A model generated the notes under the pieces. It had not been told where the DNA came from. It saw nothing but the letters and a program-made list of their open reading frames with translations, and made no database searches. DNA of 64,000 bases from Sandaracinaceae bacterium (GTDB taxonomy: Bacteria; Myxococcota_A; Polyangia; Polyangiales; Sandaracinaceae), in NCBI GenBank assembly GCA_044220955.1, contig JBGAQA010000020.1, forward strand, positions 1-64,000. The letters are read 5' to 3'. Shown here in pieces: positions 47,171 through 56,681 of the stretch (positions within the stretch are counted from its first letter, which is position 1; each line of letters opens with the position of its first letter). Made by a program: the position numbers and the translations under genes.

Positions 47171-47881
47171 CTACTTCGCCGGGGCGTGGACCAGCTTCTT
47201 CTTGGTGCCGTCGGCGAGCTCGACCTCGATCGACGTCGCCTCGGCCTGGACGACCTTCACGAGCCCGAACTTCTTGTGCTCGAGGCGTTGCCCGACGACG
47301 AAGCGTCCGCTCGCCGCGTAGGGCACGGGCGTCGTGTCCACGGCGAGCGGCGCCGCGGCCGCGGGGGCCGCGATCGGCGGGCAGAGCACCCGGCGCAAGG
47401 TCGAGACGATGAGCGCGCGCTGTGCGGGACCGCGCTCGTACTCGCCGACCAGCACGATGCGCGCGAGCAGCTCGCCCTCCGTCGACTCGAGCGCGTCGAA
47501 CAGGTGCGTGCCGTCGAGCGCCCCCGCGGCCCGCGCCACGGCGCGCGCCGCCTCGGGTACGCGGTGGCCCCGGCCGAAGGTGTCGTTGCGCGCGGCGGTG
47601 CAGGCCTTCGCGCATGCCTTCGCGTGGGCGAGCGCCTCGTCGCTTGGCTGGGCCAGCCACGCTTCGGCAGCCTCGACCGCGCGACGGGCGCGCAGATCGC
47701 CCGATTGCTCGGCCTCCCAGTCGGGCACGACGATCTTCACGACCTCGATCACCGCTCGCATCAGCGGGTCGCGCTCGACGTCGCCGAGCACCTCTGCCCA
47801 GTGCAGTGACGCCAGGCCGGTCGTCGAGAGCCGGTAGGTGACCAGCCGATCGAGCTTGCTCTCGAGCAGCGCGCGTTCCAC
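47171..47881 (-). CDS. Imm5-like domain protein with C-terminal Tudor-like (HxKFG) domain
   Basis: GDLRARRAVEAAEAWL resembles Imm5-like immunity domains; C-terminal FVVGQRLEHKKFG...KKLVH. Confidence 0.6.
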   Translation of the reverse strand: MERALLESKLDRLVTYRLSTTGLASLHWAEVLGDVERDPLMRAVIEVVKIVVPDWEAEQSGDLRARRAVEAAEAWLAQPSDEALAHAKACAKACTAARNDTFGRGHRVPEAARAVARAAGALDGTHLFDALESTEGELLARIVLVGEYERGPAQRALIVSTLRRVLCPPIAAPAAAAPLAVDTTPVPYAASGRFVVGQRLEHKKFGLVKVVQAEATSIEVELADGTKKKLVHAPAK

Positions 47882-47887
47882 GTGCGA

Positions 47888-48745
47888 CTACGCGCTCGAC
47901 CGCGAGCGCTTGGGCGCGCCACGCGTCGCGGTCGCCTCGGGCTTGCGGGCTGCGCGCTGCTTGCGGGCCGGCGGTGGCGGAGGAGGCGGAGGCGCGTTGA
48001 TCTCGAAGAAGCGGATGGCGCTCTCCATCGACGACACGATCGCGTCGCGCACGATCGATGCGAGCGCGTTGTCGCTCGTCTTGAGCGCGTCGTAGTAGCG
48101 CTGCCGCTCGGTCGAGTGGATGACCGCCGGTGGGTAGTCCCCCGTGAGCAGGATCAGGTTCATCACGAGGCGGGCGAGCTTCCCGCTGTGCTTCGGGAAC
48201 GGGTAGATGTGAAGCAGCTGGAAGTGGGCCTTGGCCGCGAGCCGGGTGACGTGTGTCGTGCGCCACGTCTCGGTCGCGTTCACCCACTGCATGAATTGCC
48301 GGAGCTTGTACGAGATCTTGTCGGGCGTGGCGATCTCGTGGAAGTAGAGCCGGTGGATGGGCATGTCCTTCCGGTAGGCCGGAGGCTTCTTGCCCTCGAC
48401 GTCCTCGGGCGCGAGGCGCTCGTAGAGCTCCTTGAGCGTGTCGAGGTCGATCTTGATCTTCTTGCGCGTCGCCATCTCGCGCACGAGGTCGATCGCGGCC
48501 TTGTTCTGGCGGATCTCGTCGAAGATCGGGACGAGCGCGGGATCGGAGGGCGCCTCGCCGCGAAGCGCCGCGGCCAGCTCGGGCGGCTGGTACACCACGC
48601 CCTCGAGCGCCCCGTCGTGGTGGATCCACGACAGATCCATGCGGTCGATGTACTCGCGCTTGGTCTGTTCGGAGGCGCCCTCCATGAGGGCCTTGAGGAC
48701 CGAGAGCCGCTGGTCGAGCTGCTGCGCCTGCTGCTGCTGCTGCAC
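47888..48745 (-). CDS. Fic-family protein with degenerate catalytic motif
   Basis: SWIHHDGALEG, AAKAHFQLLHIYPFPKHSGKLARLVMNLILL...YPPAVI...RQRYYDAL. GGAGG RBS before GTG 48745. Confidence 0.85.
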   Translation of the reverse strand: MQQQQQAQQLDQRLSVLKALMEGASEQTKREYIDRMDLSWIHHDGALEGVVYQPPELAAALRGEAPSDPALVPIFDEIRQNKAAIDLVREMATRKKIKIDLDTLKELYERLAPEDVEGKKPPAYRKDMPIHRLYFHEIATPDKISYKLRQFMQWVNATETWRTTHVTRLAAKAHFQLLHIYPFPKHSGKLARLVMNLILLTGDYPPAVIHSTERQRYYDALKTSDNALASIVRDAIVSSMESAIRFFEINAPPPPPPPPARKQRAARKPEATATRGAPKRSRSSA

Positions 48746-48844
48746 TCGAGAACCTCCGGAAAAACCAAGCTCCACCGCGAGCACGCCCCCGGCGCGCCCA
48801 CTCCGCGGTCTCCGCCGGCAGATACAACTCGGCGAGAGGCGCCG

Positions 48845-48873
48845 AGCATACCGTACGGTCCAGAGGTCGTCAA
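48845..48873 (-). promoter_or_regulatory. Sigma70/sigmaA-type promoter of the fic-like gene
   Basis: Minus strand TTGACG (48873-48868), 17 nt spacer, TATGCT (48850-48845). Confidence 0.7.
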
Positions 48874-48964
48874 CGAGGGTCAGGACGAATTGATCAGCCG
48901 GAGTGCCGGCGAAGCCGGGCCGACACCGTGGTGTCGCGTCCGCGGAGCGGACGCCTCCGGTCGA

Positions 48965-49519
48965 TCAGCGGCTCAGCGCGTCGATCCAGCCATCGAGCGT
49001 GCCCTCGTCGGGCACGCCCGCGTGCACGTGCCGCACGACGCCCTCGCGATCGACGATCACGAGGGTCGGGAGCGCTTGCACGTCGAACGCCGACTGCGCG
49101 GCGTACGAGCGATCGACGAGTGTGGGGATCATCACCCGGAGCGCCCGGTGCGCGGCGACGACCCGCTCCGTGGGCTGCTCCGACTCCACGTTCACGGCGT
49201 ACGAGAGCAGGCCCGCGCTCGCGTGCCGGGCCGCGACGCGACCGAGGATCGGGAGCGACTCCCGGCACGGTGGGCACCAGCTCGCCCAGAAGTCGAGCAT
49301 CACGACGTGTCCACGCAGCGCCGAGAGCGAGACGCGATCGCCGGCACCTTCGCCCGCGACGATCTCGGCGGTGAAGTCCGGCGCCGCCGAGCCCACGAGC
49401 GGGCTGTCCTCCGCACCCCCGCCCATCCAGCGGGGCGCGCCGAACGCCATCACGGCGACGAACACGAGCGCGCCGATCCCGGCCGCCCGCATCATCGCCC
49501 TGCGTTCCTCGTCGTTCAC
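48965..49519 (-). CDS. TlpA/ResA-family thiol-disulfide oxidoreductase
   Basis: TM anchor, APDF, DFWASWCPPC, LPTLVIVDREG. GTG 49519 overlaps the kinase stop. Confidence 0.92.
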   Translation of the reverse strand: MNDEERRAMMRAAGIGALVFVAVMAFGAPRWMGGGAEDSPLVGSAAPDFTAEIVAGEGAGDRVSLSALRGHVVMLDFWASWCPPCRESLPILGRVAARHASAGLLSYAVNVESEQPTERVVAAHRALRVMIPTLVDRSYAAQSAFDVQALPTLVIVDREGVVRHVHAGVPDEGTLDGWIDALSR

Positions 49520-51126
49520 GCTCCCTTGATGGGGCTCGCGAGGCGCAGCGGCAAGCGGATCCGGAAGACCGCGCCGCCCTCGGCCGCGCTCGCGCACGCG
49601 ATCGAGCCGCCGTGCTCGAGCACGATCTTCTTCACGATCGCGAGGCCCAGACCCGTGCCCTCGCTCTTGGTCGTGAAGTACGGGTCGAACACGCGCTCAC
49701 GGTCGCTCTCCGGCACGCCCGGGCCATCGTCGCGAACCTCGAGGATCGCGTCGTGGTCGTCCCCGCGCGTCTCGAGGATCACGTGTCCGCCTCCACCGTG
49801 CTCGGCGAGCGCCTGCACCGCGTTGCGCACGAGGTTGTCCACGCAGCGCCGGAGCATCTGAGCGTCGACCACCACCGGCAGGGGCTCGGCCGCGCGCACC
49901 TCGATCGACACGCCCGCGCCCGACTGTCCTTCGAGCACCATCGCCGCGGGGTCCATCGTCCGCGCCCACTCCGTGGTGAGCGCGCTCAGCTCGCCCGGCG
50001 TGACCTCCGGCACCGGCAAGCGCGCGAAGCCGCTGAACTCGGAGACGAGGCGGCGGAGCGTCTCGACCTCCTCCTCGACGATGGCCTTCGCGTCGTCGAG
50101 CGTCTTGGCGAACTTCGGATCTGCGCCGTCGTACTTCCGGTGCAGCTCCTGCACCGCGAGCTGGATGGGCGTCAGCGGGTTCTTGATCTCGTGGGCGAGG
50201 CGCCGCGCGACCTCCTGCCACGCGCCGATGCGTTGCAGGTACTCGATGCGATCGCGCGAGCTCCTGATGTCCCGGACCATCGCGTTGAAGGAGTCGACGA
50301 GCTCGGCGACCTCGTCGGCCTCGTCGGTGGGGATCTCGATGTTGAGGTCACCGCGGCCGACCTTGCGCGTCGCCTCCGCGAGCACGACCACGCGTCGCGT
50401 CACGCGCCGGGCCGCCACGATGCCGGCGGCGAGCGCCACGACGATCGCCGCGAGCAAGAGGCTGATGTACGCGAAGAGGTAGAAGCTCTGGACGTACTCG
50501 GCCTCCGCCTCGAGGTGTCGGTAGACCTCGATCGTCTCGCCCGCCTCGAGGTAGGCCTGGAACGGCTCGCGCGGCGTGCGCACGGTGACGGTGACCGTGT
50601 AGGGCGCTCCGTTCACCTCGATGGGCCGCTCCTCGTCGCGGCTCAGGTACTCCACGCCGTCCGCCGGCCGCTCCACCCGCGCGAGCTCGCCCGCCGGCCC
50701 CGAGACGGCGATTCCCGACACGTCGGTGATCTCCCGGAGGTCGGCGTCCAGGACGGCGCGGACGGCGGCAGCCGGTGGATCCGCGCGCAGGGCGTCGGCG
50801 AGCGCGGCGTCGTGCGCGACCATCGTCGCGGCGCGCTGCGCGGCGGCGCGCAGGCTCTCGAGGTGCTCGTGGTGTACCTCGAGCGAGCGCTCGAGGGTGC
50901 CCAGCACCCGCCGGTTGACGCCGATCTCGTACACCTCGTGGAGCGCCGCCCGCCCGAGCAGGAGCGCCGCGATCGCGGGCAGGAACGCCACGGCCGCCAT
51001 CGCCGTGAGGACGCGCCGCTCGAAGCGCCCGAAGCGCAGGTTGTCGGGCTTGGGTCCGCCGGGCGCGGGGGCCGGCGCCTGCAGCGCCTTCGTGGTGTCC
51101 GCCTTCGTCGCGTCCGCGCGGGTCAC
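49516..51126 (-). CDS. NtrY-like HAMP sensor histidine kinase
   Basis: AWQEVARRLAHEIKNPLTPIQL, NLVRNA, DDGPG, PYFTTK, GTGLGLAIV. Confidence 0.93.
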   Translation of the reverse strand: MTRADATKADTTKALQAPAPAPGGPKPDNLRFGRFERRVLTAMAAVAFLPAIAALLLGRAALHEVYEIGVNRRVLGTLERSLEVHHEHLESLRAAAQRAATMVAHDAALADALRADPPAAAVRAVLDADLREITDVSGIAVSGPAGELARVERPADGVEYLSRDEERPIEVNGAPYTVTVTVRTPREPFQAYLEAGETIEVYRHLEAEAEYVQSFYLFAYISLLLAAIVVALAAGIVAARRVTRRVVVLAEATRKVGRGDLNIEIPTDEADEVAELVDSFNAMVRDIRSSRDRIEYLQRIGAWQEVARRLAHEIKNPLTPIQLAVQELHRKYDGADPKFAKTLDDAKAIVEEEVETLRRLVSEFSGFARLPVPEVTPGELSALTTEWARTMDPAAMVLEGQSGAGVSIEVRAAEPLPVVVDAQMLRRCVDNLVRNAVQALAEHGGGGHVILETRGDDHDAILEVRDDGPGVPESDRERVFDPYFTTKSEGTGLGLAIVKKIVLEHGGSIACASAAEGGAVFRIRLPLRLASPIKGA

Positions 51127-51767
51127 GGGCACGTCAGCTCCTGCGAGCGGAAGCGCAGCGTGCGCTCGGCGTCGCCGATCTGACGCGTGACGAAGAGGCT
51201 GACGAACGAGCCGAAGAACGCGTCGTCGGGCGCCGCGCCACCCTCGGGTCGGGCCAGCCACCCGCGGATCCGCTGAACCATGTCGGGCGTCACGGGATTG
51301 AGCTCGACGACGACGCCGAACGTCACGTGCTCGCCGTGCCGCCGACGCCAGGCGGCCGCGTCGCCGACCACGACGTGATCGGCGACGAGACAGGTCTCGA
51401 TCACCCCCTCGAGGGTCGAGATCGTCGCGGAGCGCTCGGCGAGCTCGGTCCGGACGTCGACCGAGTAGCGCGCGTCCCAGATGTCGTAGACGACGTGGCA
51501 GCTGCGGACTGTGACGGCGATCGGCGCGGCGGCGTCGGTCCCGTAGGCGTACGTCCTCATCACGATCGTCTGAAGGAGGCCGTGCGAGAGCCGCCGCCGC
51601 ACCGCCTCGTCGGCGAAGTCGGCGGCCGAGAACGACACGTCGGGCGCGCCGTCGTGGAACGTCACCGACATCGTGCGCGTGCCGACCTGCGCGTGCGCGG
51701 GGAGCCCCAGCGCGAAGAGCGCGAAGAGGGTGGCGAGCAGGGCTCGCGTCGTGGTGCGCGCGCTCAT
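51123..51767 (-). CDS. DUF4390-like exported protein
   Basis: Signal peptide AHA-Q; RRRLSHGL...CHVVYDIWDARY...ELNP. Its position upstream of an ntrY-like kinase fits the family. Confidence 0.7.
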   Translation of the reverse strand: MSARTTTRALLATLFALFALGLPAHAQVGTRTMSVTFHDGAPDVSFSAADFADEAVRRRLSHGLLQTIVMRTYAYGTDAAAPIAVTVRSCHVVYDIWDARYSVDVRTELAERSATISTLEGVIETCLVADHVVVGDAAAWRRRHGEHVTFGVVVELNPVTPDMVQRIRGWLARPEGGAAPDDAFFGSFVSLFVTRQIGDAERTLRFRSQELTCP

Positions 51768-53407
51768 TCGAAGGAGATGAACCCGAGGAGGGTGGAGAAG
51801 CCGACCGCGAACACGCCGATGGGCGTCTCGAAGCGCAGGCCGACGTCGAAGGTGAGATCCCACGGGAACGCGTCGATCCCGGTGTAGCCGGCGATGGGAC
51901 GCGTGAAGAAGCTCGGCTGGGCGAGCACGTAGACGCCCGCGTTCGCGTACAGGAACCCGGAGCGAAGGACCGGATCGCCGCCGAAGATGCGCACCGCGTA
52001 CTCGAAGTCGAGCCGCGCGCCGAGGTGGGCGAAGCGCAGCTCGCGGATGGCGTTGCGGAAGAGGTTCGGCGGCCCGCGGTGATCGAGGTTCATCTCGAGC
52101 ATCCGGTTCGGGATCAGGTCGGAGAGGTCGGCCGCGTAGATCTGCGAGAAGAAGGGCACGTCGCCGAACGCCACGGCCCCGAAGAAGCCGACGCGCAGGC
52201 TGTGGTCCCACTCGGGCAGCGGCACCCACTGCCTGAAGACGAGCTCGCCCCGGAAGTAGTCGTAGCTCGAGCCGATGAGCTGCGACGAGAGATCGACCTG
52301 GCCGGTGACGAGCAGGCCGCGGCGAGTGATCGCGGGGTCGTCGCGGGTGTCGAGCGCGACCGAGAGCTCGAGGCGGGAGATCTCGCTCGTGCCGTCGTGG
52401 ATCGCGAAGTCGATCGGCACGACCTCCGAGCCGAGCAGCTCGCTGGCCGCGGCGGGGCGGTTGAGCACGTGGACCGCCTCGAACTGCCAGCGCGCGAAGA
52501 AGCGCAGCTCCGGGCTCACGGGGATGGCGGTACCTACGGAGCCGCCGCCTCGGAAGTAGTCGACGATGGCGTTGCGAGCCGCCTCGCACATGCCCATCTC
52601 CTCGGGACGGCAGACGCCCACGGGCGAGAAGAGCACGTCTTCGTCGCCGAAGAACTCGCGCGCGCGGTTGAAGAATCCCTGGATCGAGAGGCCGGCGATC
52701 GAGCCCGCGAGCGTCGGGTCGGTCAGCGCGAGCCGGAAGCCCTGCTGCGCGCCCGACACGAGCAGCGAGCCGCGCAGCGCGAGGCCGGCGCCGAATAGGT
52801 TCGTCTCGGCGGCGGTGAGACCGAAGTACGGGTCGATCCGGCTCGCCGCTCCCGTGCGCACGTCCACGATGCCTTCGGAGACGCCGAGCGCGATGTGCTC
52901 GAGCAGGAACGTGTTGCGCTCGACGACCTCGACCGCGAGGACGGCGCGCCCGCGCTGCGTGCCGCGCTCGATCGAGAGCTCGACGGACGAGAAGAAGCCC
53001 GTCCCGAGCAGCTGATAGCGGCCCTGCTCGAGGCGCGGGTCGGCGGGGTCGAGCGTCTCCCCGACGTGGATCGGAATCAGGTTGCGGATGACGTCCGTCG
53101 CGGTGCGACGGTTGCCGTGAACGCGAATGGACTCGAGGGTGTAGAGGACCTGGACCTCGCCCTCGGCGTCGATGTCGGCGTCGGCCGCGCTGTCGACCTC
53201 GCTGTCGACCTCGCTGTCGACCTCGACCTCGCTATCGACCTCGCTATCGACGTCGCTGTCGACGTCGCTCTCGACCTCGCTGTCGACCTCGCTATCGACC
53301 TCGCTGTCGACGTCGCTCTCGACCGGCGGCGGCTGCGCGTGCGCGACAACAGCCACGCCGAGCACGCCGGCGAGGACGGCCCAGCGCACGGGTGAGCGGG
53401 AGCGCAC
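51764..53407 (-). CDS. Omp85 (BamA/TamA-like) outer-membrane protein with single POTRA and acidic repeat linker
   Basis: Signal peptide, POTRA (IRVHGNRRT...LLGTGFFSSV...VVER), ETNLFGAG, DTRDD, GLRFETPIG. Confidence 0.85.
   Translation of the reverse strand: MRSRSPVRWAVLAGVLGVAVVAHAQPPPVESDVDSEVDSEVDSEVESDVDSDVDSEVDSEVEVDSEVDSEVDSAADADIDAEGEVQVLYTLESIRVHGNRRTATDVIRNLIPIHVGETLDPADPRLEQGRYQLLGTGFFSSVELSIERGTQRGRAVLAVEVVERNTFLLEHIALGVSEGIVDVRTGAASRIDPYFGLTAAETNLFGAGLALRGSLLVSGAQQGFRLALTDPTLAGSIAGLSIQGFFNRAREFFGDEDVLFSPVGVCRPEEMGMCEAARNAIVDYFRGGGSVGTAIPVSPELRFFARWQFEAVHVLNRPAAASELLGSEVVPIDFAIHDGTSEISRLELSVALDTRDDPAITRRGLLVTGQVDLSSQLIGSSYDYFRGELVFRQWVPLPEWDHSLRVGFFGAVAFGDVPFFSQIYAADLSDLIPNRMLEMNLDHRGPPNLFRNAIRELRFAHLGARLDFEYAVRIFGGDPVLRSGFLYANAGVYVLAQPSFFTRPIAGYTGIDAFPWDLTFDVGLRFETPIGVFAVGFSTLLGFISFE
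53189..53323 (-). repeat. About 11 degenerate 12-bp tandem repeats encoding V(D/E)S(E/D)
   Basis: The + strand shows an array of gctgtcgacctc / gctatcgacctc / gctctcgac variants. Confidence 0.9.
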
Positions 53408-53409
53408 GT

Positions 53410-54558
53410 TCAGCTCGCAGAGAGAAGGTGCGACAGCAGGTAGTACGCGGCAACTCCGGCAGCGATCACCGCGACCGTCCATCCGATGGGGCCCAGGCCG
53501 TCTCCGCCGGGTGGAGGAGCCGAGCGCACCGGTGGGGTGGGCGCCGCCTCCTCCTGCTCTCGCTCGACCGCGTCGTCGTCTCGTCGGTCGGGCTCCGGCG
53601 CGGACTTCTTCTCTGGCTTCTTCTCTGGCTTCTTCTCTGGCTCGTTCTCCGGCGCGAGCGGCTGCTCCGCGCTCGGCGGCTCGTGGCGCGTCTCGATGCT
53701 GGCGGCGTCGGGGGTGCTTCCGGTGCGTGCCTGCCGCGCCACGTGGTCGATCGCGGCGATGGCCGACTCGTCGTCGCCCGCGAGGTAGGCGATGCGCACG
53801 GTGTGCTCCCGCTGGCGGCGGGTCGGTGGCGTGATCTTCGGCATCGCGGCCGGCGGGCGGACGCTCGGGGTCGGCACGCGCGGCGGGCTCGTCCGCGTCT
53901 TGGGCCGCACACGCTCGCGCGTCTCGACGACGTCCGTCAGCGCCACCTCGAACACCTTCAGGAAGTGCTGGCCGGTGTTCTCGCGCGGGCGCACGAACTG
54001 CGTGGTGGGCTCGCGCTCCGAGGGGTCCTCGGCCACCGGAGCTCGCAGCGACGGCGGCACGAGCGCCTGCACGTCCTTGCCCACCCGGATGTCGAACGAT
54101 CCCTCTTCCCACGAGAAGACGCCGCTGAGGTCTGCGTCCTCCTTTCCGTCGAGCTTGATCGCGAGCAGCTCGCCCGCGTCGTACACCAGCTCGGCCAGGT
54201 TCCCTGCGTGGGCGAGCCGCAGCGTCCCGGTCACGCCCGACTGCTCGCAGTAGTTCATCAGGTCCGCGGGGACGTGCACCTCGAGCGAGCCGTTCTTGTG
54301 CTCGTCGTCGCCTTGCGACACCGGCAGCGAAGGCAGGCGCTGGTGCACGACGTAGTGCCCGCCGCGCGCCTTGAGCATGACCTCGACGGGGTCGGACCCG
54401 TCCGTCATCGCTTCCTGGTCCAGCGCGATCTGGCCTGCGATGATCGCGACCTCGCCCGCACGACCCGCCGTGGTGAACCGAAGGCGTCCGGTGATCCGGC
54501 GCGCCTCGATCTCCCTCAGGACGTCGAGCATCCCCCCGTCGGGGATCTCTCCGCTCAT
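53410..54558 (-). CDS. DUF4388 (PatA-N-like) domain protein with two domains and a C-terminal TM
   Basis: SGEIPDGGMLDVLREIEARRITGRL and NGSLEVHVPADLMNYCEQSGVTGTL...FSWEEGSF. Confidence 0.8.
   Translation of the reverse strand: MSGEIPDGGMLDVLREIEARRITGRLRFTTAGRAGEVAIIAGQIALDQEAMTDGSDPVEVMLKARGGHYVVHQRLPSLPVSQGDDEHKNGSLEVHVPADLMNYCEQSGVTGTLRLAHAGNLAELVYDAGELLAIKLDGKEDADLSGVFSWEEGSFDIRVGKDVQALVPPSLRAPVAEDPSEREPTTQFVRPRENTGQHFLKVFEVALTDVVETRERVRPKTRTSPPRVPTPSVRPPAAMPKITPPTRRQREHTVRIAYLAGDDESAIAAIDHVARQARTGSTPDAASIETRHEPPSAEQPLAPENEPEKKPEKKPEKKSAPEPDRRDDDAVEREQEEAAPTPPVRSAPPPGGDGLGPIGWTVAVIAAGVAAYYLLSHLLSAS
53605..53640 (-). repeat. Three perfect 12-bp repeats (PEKK)
   Basis: cttcttctctgg x3. 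Confidence 0.85.
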
Positions 54559-54630
54559 GGCAGGCTCGGACACCAGACGCGATTTGCGCCCGGGCTCGCC
54601 TCCCCTGTCAAGACGAGATACGACCCGTCC

Positions 54631-55179
54631 ATGCGCCTGGGCGTCGTTCTCCTGTGCCTGTCGCTCGCCGCATGCGGCGGCGCAACCGCGACCGCGTCGT
54701 CACCCCGACCGGCGGAGGGCACCGGCGGAGCCGAGCGCCCGGGGTGTGACCGGGTGGCGAGCGCGGCTCGGACGCTCGGAGGCTGCCGGGGGACACACGC
54801 CGCCGACCCAGGCTGGCCGGCGCGCGGCGCGTACGACGCCCTCGTCCCACGCCTGACGTCCCACCTCGCCTCGCTCGAGCCCGCGCGACCGGTCACGAGC
54901 GACGAGGTCGAGCCCCTGGCCGAGGCGAGCTGGGACCTGCTCGATCAGATCACGATCTCGCCCGGCACCGAGCCGGCGCGCGGTCGCGCGGAGACGGCCA
55001 TCGAGCGCCTGCTCCGCGAGCGCGAGCCGGACGCGGCTCCCGGCGCCGCGATCGAGGTGCTCGGCGCCGTGACCCAGCTCGCCGCGGTGGCCGACCCGAC
55101 GGGTGGCGCCGATCCCTGCGCCGCCGAAGCGCTCGCGCTGGCACAGGCTCGTGCCAGCGGGGATGTGTGCGAGGAATGA
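54631..55179 (+). CDS. Hypothetical lipoprotein
   Basis: MRLGVVLLCLSLAAC lipobox. Confidence 0.7.
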   Translation: MRLGVVLLCLSLAACGGATATASSPRPAEGTGGAERPGCDRVASAARTLGGCRGTHAADPGWPARGAYDALVPRLTSHLASLEPARPVTSDEVEPLAEASWDLLDQITISPGTEPARGRAETAIERLLREREPDAAPGAAIEVLGAVTQLAAVADPTGGADPCAAEALALAQARASGDVCEE

Positions 55180-55182
55180 CCC

Positions 55183-56064
55183 ATGCGTGAAGGAATCCCC
55201 AGCATCACGGCCGCCGCGGTCTCGCTCTTCCGCGGCATCGCGAGCCTGCCCGGCTCGCCCGTCGACTTCGCCAACGACCCGGGGATGCGCGCGCTCGTGC
55301 CGGGGCCAGCCCGGGTGATGCTCGGCGCGCTGGGGGCCCTGGCGGGTCGTCGTCCCCGCGTCCACGACGTGCTCGCGGCCTCGACCTTCGGGCTCCTGCA
55401 GCACGTGGCGCTGCGCACCGCGGCGATCGACGCGGCGATCCGCGAGGAGCGTGCGGCGGGGATCCCGCAGCTGGTGATCCTCGGTGCGGGCCTCGACGCG
55501 CGTGCGTTCCGCATGCCCGAGCTCTCGCAGAGCGTCGTGTTCGAGGTCGACTTCCCCTCGACGCAGGCGCTGAAGCGGGCCCGGGCGCGGGATCTGGTGC
55601 CCGCCGCGAAGGAGCTGCGCTGGGCCCCGATCGACTTCGAGAAGGATGCCCTGAGCGACGTGCTCGAGCGCGCCGGGCACCGGACCGACCAGCGCACGGT
55701 GTGGATCTGGGAGGGCGTGACGATGTACCTGCCGGAGGCCGCGCTCGACGCGACCTTGGCCGTCGTGCGCGATCGCACCCGTCCCGGCGGGGCGCTGCTC
55801 GTCACGTACGCGACGCAAGAGCTGGCCTCGATCCTCGAAGGCCCGCTCGCGCCCCTCGAGCCCGTCGTGGACTTCGCGTTCGGGCTGCTCGGCGAGCCCC
55901 TGCGCGGCCGCATGTCGTCCGAGCGCGCGAGAGAGAAGCTGGACGCGTTCGGGCTCGAGGTCGTGAGCGACACGGGCCCCGACGCCTGGGCGCGCGCACA
56001 CCTGCGCGGCCGACCCTCCCGCCTCACCGTGGGCGAGCGCCTCGCCCGGGCGCGGCGACGATGA
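55183..56064 (+). CDS. Class I SAM-dependent methyltransferase (LCM/YktD family)
   Basis: LRTAAID, QLVILGAGLDARAFR, FEVD, WEGVTMYL. Confidence 0.92.
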   Translation: MREGIPSITAAAVSLFRGIASLPGSPVDFANDPGMRALVPGPARVMLGALGALAGRRPRVHDVLAASTFGLLQHVALRTAAIDAAIREERAAGIPQLVILGAGLDARAFRMPELSQSVVFEVDFPSTQALKRARARDLVPAAKELRWAPIDFEKDALSDVLERAGHRTDQRTVWIWEGVTMYLPEAALDATLAVVRDRTRPGGALLVTYATQELASILEGPLAPLEPVVDFAFGLLGEPLRGRMSSERAREKLDAFGLEVVSDTGPDAWARAHLRGRPSRLTVGERLARARRR

Positions 56065-56681
56065 AGCTCGCGGGCCTCTATGCGATCCTCGACCCTGCCG
56101 CCTGCCGGGGCCGCGAGCCTCTGGTCGTGGCCGAGGCGATCCTGCGTGGCGGGTGCGCAGCCCTGCAGCTGCGCGACAAGACCGCGGGCGACGGCGAGGT
56201 GCTGGCGCTCGCTCGCGCGCTGCGGGCGCGTGCGCGTGCGGCGGGCGTGCCCTTCGTCGTGGACGATCGGCTCGACGTCGCGATCGCCTGCGAGGCCGAC
56301 GGCGTACACCTCGGGCAGGACGATCTGCCCATCGCGGTCGCGAGGGCCCAGGCGCCGTGGCTGCAGGTGGGGATCTCCACGCACGACGAGGCGCAGCGCG
56401 CGCGCGCCGAGCGGGAGGGCGCCGATCTCGTGGGCTTCGGCCCGGTCTTCCCGACGACCAGCAAGGAGCGCCCCGACGCGCTCGTGGGCCTCGCCGGCGT
56501 CGAGAGGGCCACGCGCGCATCTTCGATCCCGGTGGTGGCGATCGGCGGGATCGACCTGTCGCGCGCCCCGGCGCTGCGCGCGCATGGCGTCACGCTCGCG
56601 GCGGCGATCTCGGCGGTGTGCGCGGCCGACGACCCCGAGGCGAGCGCACGCGCGCTGCATCGCGCGCTCGGGGGCACGTGA
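56061..56681 (+). CDS. thiE: Thiamine-phosphate synthase
   Basis: LQLRDK, VDDRLD, GVHLGQDD, GISTH, GPVFPTTSK, VAIGGI. Confidence 0.95.
   Translation: MKLAGLYAILDPAACRGREPLVVAEAILRGGCAALQLRDKTAGDGEVLALARALRARARAAGVPFVVDDRLDVAIACEADGVHLGQDDLPIAVARAQAPWLQVGISTHDEAQRARAEREGADLVGFGPVFPTTSKERPDALVGLAGVERATRASSIPVVAIGGIDLSRAPALRAHGVTLAAAISAVCAADDPEASARALHRALGGT

Noticed and set aside
48746..48964. Known riboswitch or ncRNA upstream of the fic-like gene
   Set aside because: Several GC hairpins are present but I recognise no Rfam consensus; such stems are expected at this GC content.
54582..54611. Sigma70 promoter for the DUF4388 operon (perfect TTGACA on the minus strand)
   Set aside because: No acceptable -10 hexamer at 16-18 nt spacing.
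55183..56681. TPP riboswitch upstream of thiE
   Set aside because: thiE overlaps the upstream methyltransferase stop, so there is no leader, and I saw no TPP consensus.
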